From Myxococcota bacterium (GTDB lineage Bacteria > Myxococcota_A > UBA9160 > PR03), in the NCBI GenBank assembly GCA_039794265.1, contig JBDIVR010000015.1:33164-97163 (forward strand): a DNA stretch of 64,000 nucleotides, read 5' to 3'. Each line of letters begins with the position of its first letter. Positions within the stretch are counted from its first letter, which is position 1. A model generated the notes under the pieces. That model was not told the DNA's origin, did not search any database, and saw nothing but the letters and a program-made list of their open reading frames with translations. The position numbers were made by a program, and so were the translations under genes. Shown piece by piece: positions 63,114 to 64,000 of the stretch.

Positions 63114-63686
63114 CTACGAACGCGGCGCGATCCCCTCGCCTGCGATCCATCGACAGCGCCATACGCAGCTCGGCATCCCGTCGAGCCGACATGCGATCGG
63201 TTCGGCCTCTGGTGCGGAGAATCCCACCAGCCGCAGCGTCTCGGCCAGATAGCCGCCGACGATCCCACACAGCTCCGGCGACGGCATCGCGAAGTCCGTG
63301 AGCTCCACGCGGACGGCATTCGGGGGCTCGACGCGGGTCTCCATCCGGCCGCTGTCATGCATGCTCGCCCACAACGCGAAGGCGCGGGCGGGAATCGCCA
63401 GGGGATCTTCGGTGCCCTCGAAGAGGTGGCCGTAGGTGCCTTCGAGATGATCCCGCGCCGACACACGCCCCATCGCCTCGAAGGGATTCGCCACGTCCAC
63501 CGGGAACATCGGCGCGACGACTCGTGCGAGGTCGCGGAGATCTTCCTCGGGGTACCAGCTCGCCACGTGCACGCGCTCGTCGAGGTAGTGCCGCAGCCGC
63601 GACGGAAGTCGCGCCTCTGCGGCCTCGCGATGGCGCCGCAGGAACTTGACCAATGCGATGATCGTCGTGCCCTTCGTCTTCGCCAT
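63114..63686 (-). CDS. DUF2378-like protein (family assignment tentative)
   Basis: 190 aa: MAKTKGTTIIALVKFLRRHREAAEARL.... The size and N-terminal pattern recall the DUF2378/TIGR02265 paralog family expanded in myxobacteria. The call is from memory only. Confidence 0.45.
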   Translation of the reverse strand: MAKTKGTTIIALVKFLRRHREAAEARLPSRLRHYLDERVHVASWYPEEDLRDLARVVAPMFPVDVANPFEAMGRVSARDHLEGTYGHLFEGTEDPLAIPARAFALWASMHDSGRMETRVEPPNAVRVELTDFAMPSPELCGIVGGYLAETLRLVGFSAPEAEPIACRLDGMPSCVWRCRWIAGEGIAPRS

Positions 63687-63750
63687 GGCCCCTCGCAGGG
63701 TGCCATCGGTGGACGGGGCCGGAGCTTGAGCGACGGTCGCGATCCGGTCT

Positions 63751-64000
63751 CTACTCCGTCGGAACGGGAATCGGAACGACGCCCTCGGTCGACGACCCGG
63801 CGTCCGGCGCTCCGGCGACCGGCTGGATCGGCATCCCCGTGTCGACCACCGCCGGATAGTCCGCCAGGCCTCGGTGCCAGGCGTCGAGCGCAGCGGCCGT
63901 CGCGGGCTCGCCGTCCGGTATCACGGGAATCTGCTGCCGCTTGCCCTCTCGCACGATCGTCAGCTCGAGGGGCGTCGCGGTCGCCGCCCGCGCGACGATG
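63751..64000 (-). CDS. 3' end of a gene continuing beyond the window (hypothetical; PDZ-like terminal strand pattern)
   Basis: The frame is open to the window edge (...ATPLELTIVREGKRQQIPVIPDG...). The M in the track is an internal GTG. The stop is TAG at 63751-63753. Confidence 0.35.
   Translation of the reverse strand, partial: IVARAATATPLELTIVREGKRQQIPVIPDGEPATAAALDAWHRGLADYPAVVDTGMPIQPVAGAPDAGSSTEGVVPIPVPTE

Noticed and set aside
59428-63270. 1280-aa minus-strand ORF and 1101-aa plus-strand ORF (59785..63090) over the Bat operon
   Set aside because: These are low-complexity Arg/Ala/Ser/Pro sequences. The Bat genes, in other frames, carry MIDAS, TM, TPR and BatD-like features and form an overlap-coupled chain.

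Overview
This is a very GC-rich (about 70% by eye, not computed), gene-dense bacterial chromosomal segment. I support about 62 protein-coding genes and found no rRNA, tRNA, CRISPR array, transposase or integrase. Most long ORFs in the six-frame track are Arg/Ala/Pro-rich antisense artefacts of the GC content. I kept ORFs with recognisable family motifs, and some short ORFs on the basis of SD sequences, signal peptides or lipoboxes, or start/stop coupling to a neighbouring gene. Content from left to right: gluQ (partial), mutS2, and an operon of a GH36 alpha-galactosidase-like::HAD-phosphatase fusion plus an FAD oxidoreductase. Then a GH20-like hydrolase, folC, and an NRDE/TANGO2-like gene coupled to a small Zn-ribbon ORF. 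Then a patatin-like lipase, an envelope protein with 8 DxDxDG-type repeats coupled to a PhyH dioxygenase, a VWA protein with an OmpA-like lipoprotein, comM and a GH15 hydrolase. From 22.8 to 31.3 kb lies an island of about 16 small general-stress-type genes (DUF1145-like, DUF1328, BON/OsmY-like, Fe-SOD, AI-2E permease, DUF883/ElaB-like, YtxH-like, CsbD, DUF1469/YqjE-like, small lipoproteins, a c-type cytochrome). After it come a decayed EEP gene, a 2-hydroxyacid dehydrogenase, a 1059-aa RND/MMPL-type transporter, ppsR and leuS. Next is an aa3-type cytochrome c oxidase operon (dihaem c, CoxB-A-C-IV, an extra subunit-III-like gene, two micro-ORFs) preceded by ctaB, an MFS gene and DUF420. The window ends with EamA, DUF374, ptsP with a small XRE regulator, AsmA-like plus HldC-like, a six-gene MoxR/DUF58/VWA/TPR/BatD (Bat-type) operon, a DUF2378-like gene and a partial ORF. 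The main result of the hunt is a recurrent, correctly spaced -24/-12 (sigma-54/RpoN type) promoter motif. There are five exact GGCAC-N5-TTGC copies plus near-consensus ones, all intergenic and all pointing into genes. They are concentrated in front of the stress-island genes, which are RpoS- or SigB-controlled in model bacteria. One further weaker copy, paired with a strong orphan terminator hairpin, delimits a candidate ~95-nt sRNA. No enhancer-binding protein gene is present in the window. A Myxococcota-like origin is only a guess, based on the DUF2378-like protein and the abundance of sigma-54-type promoters.
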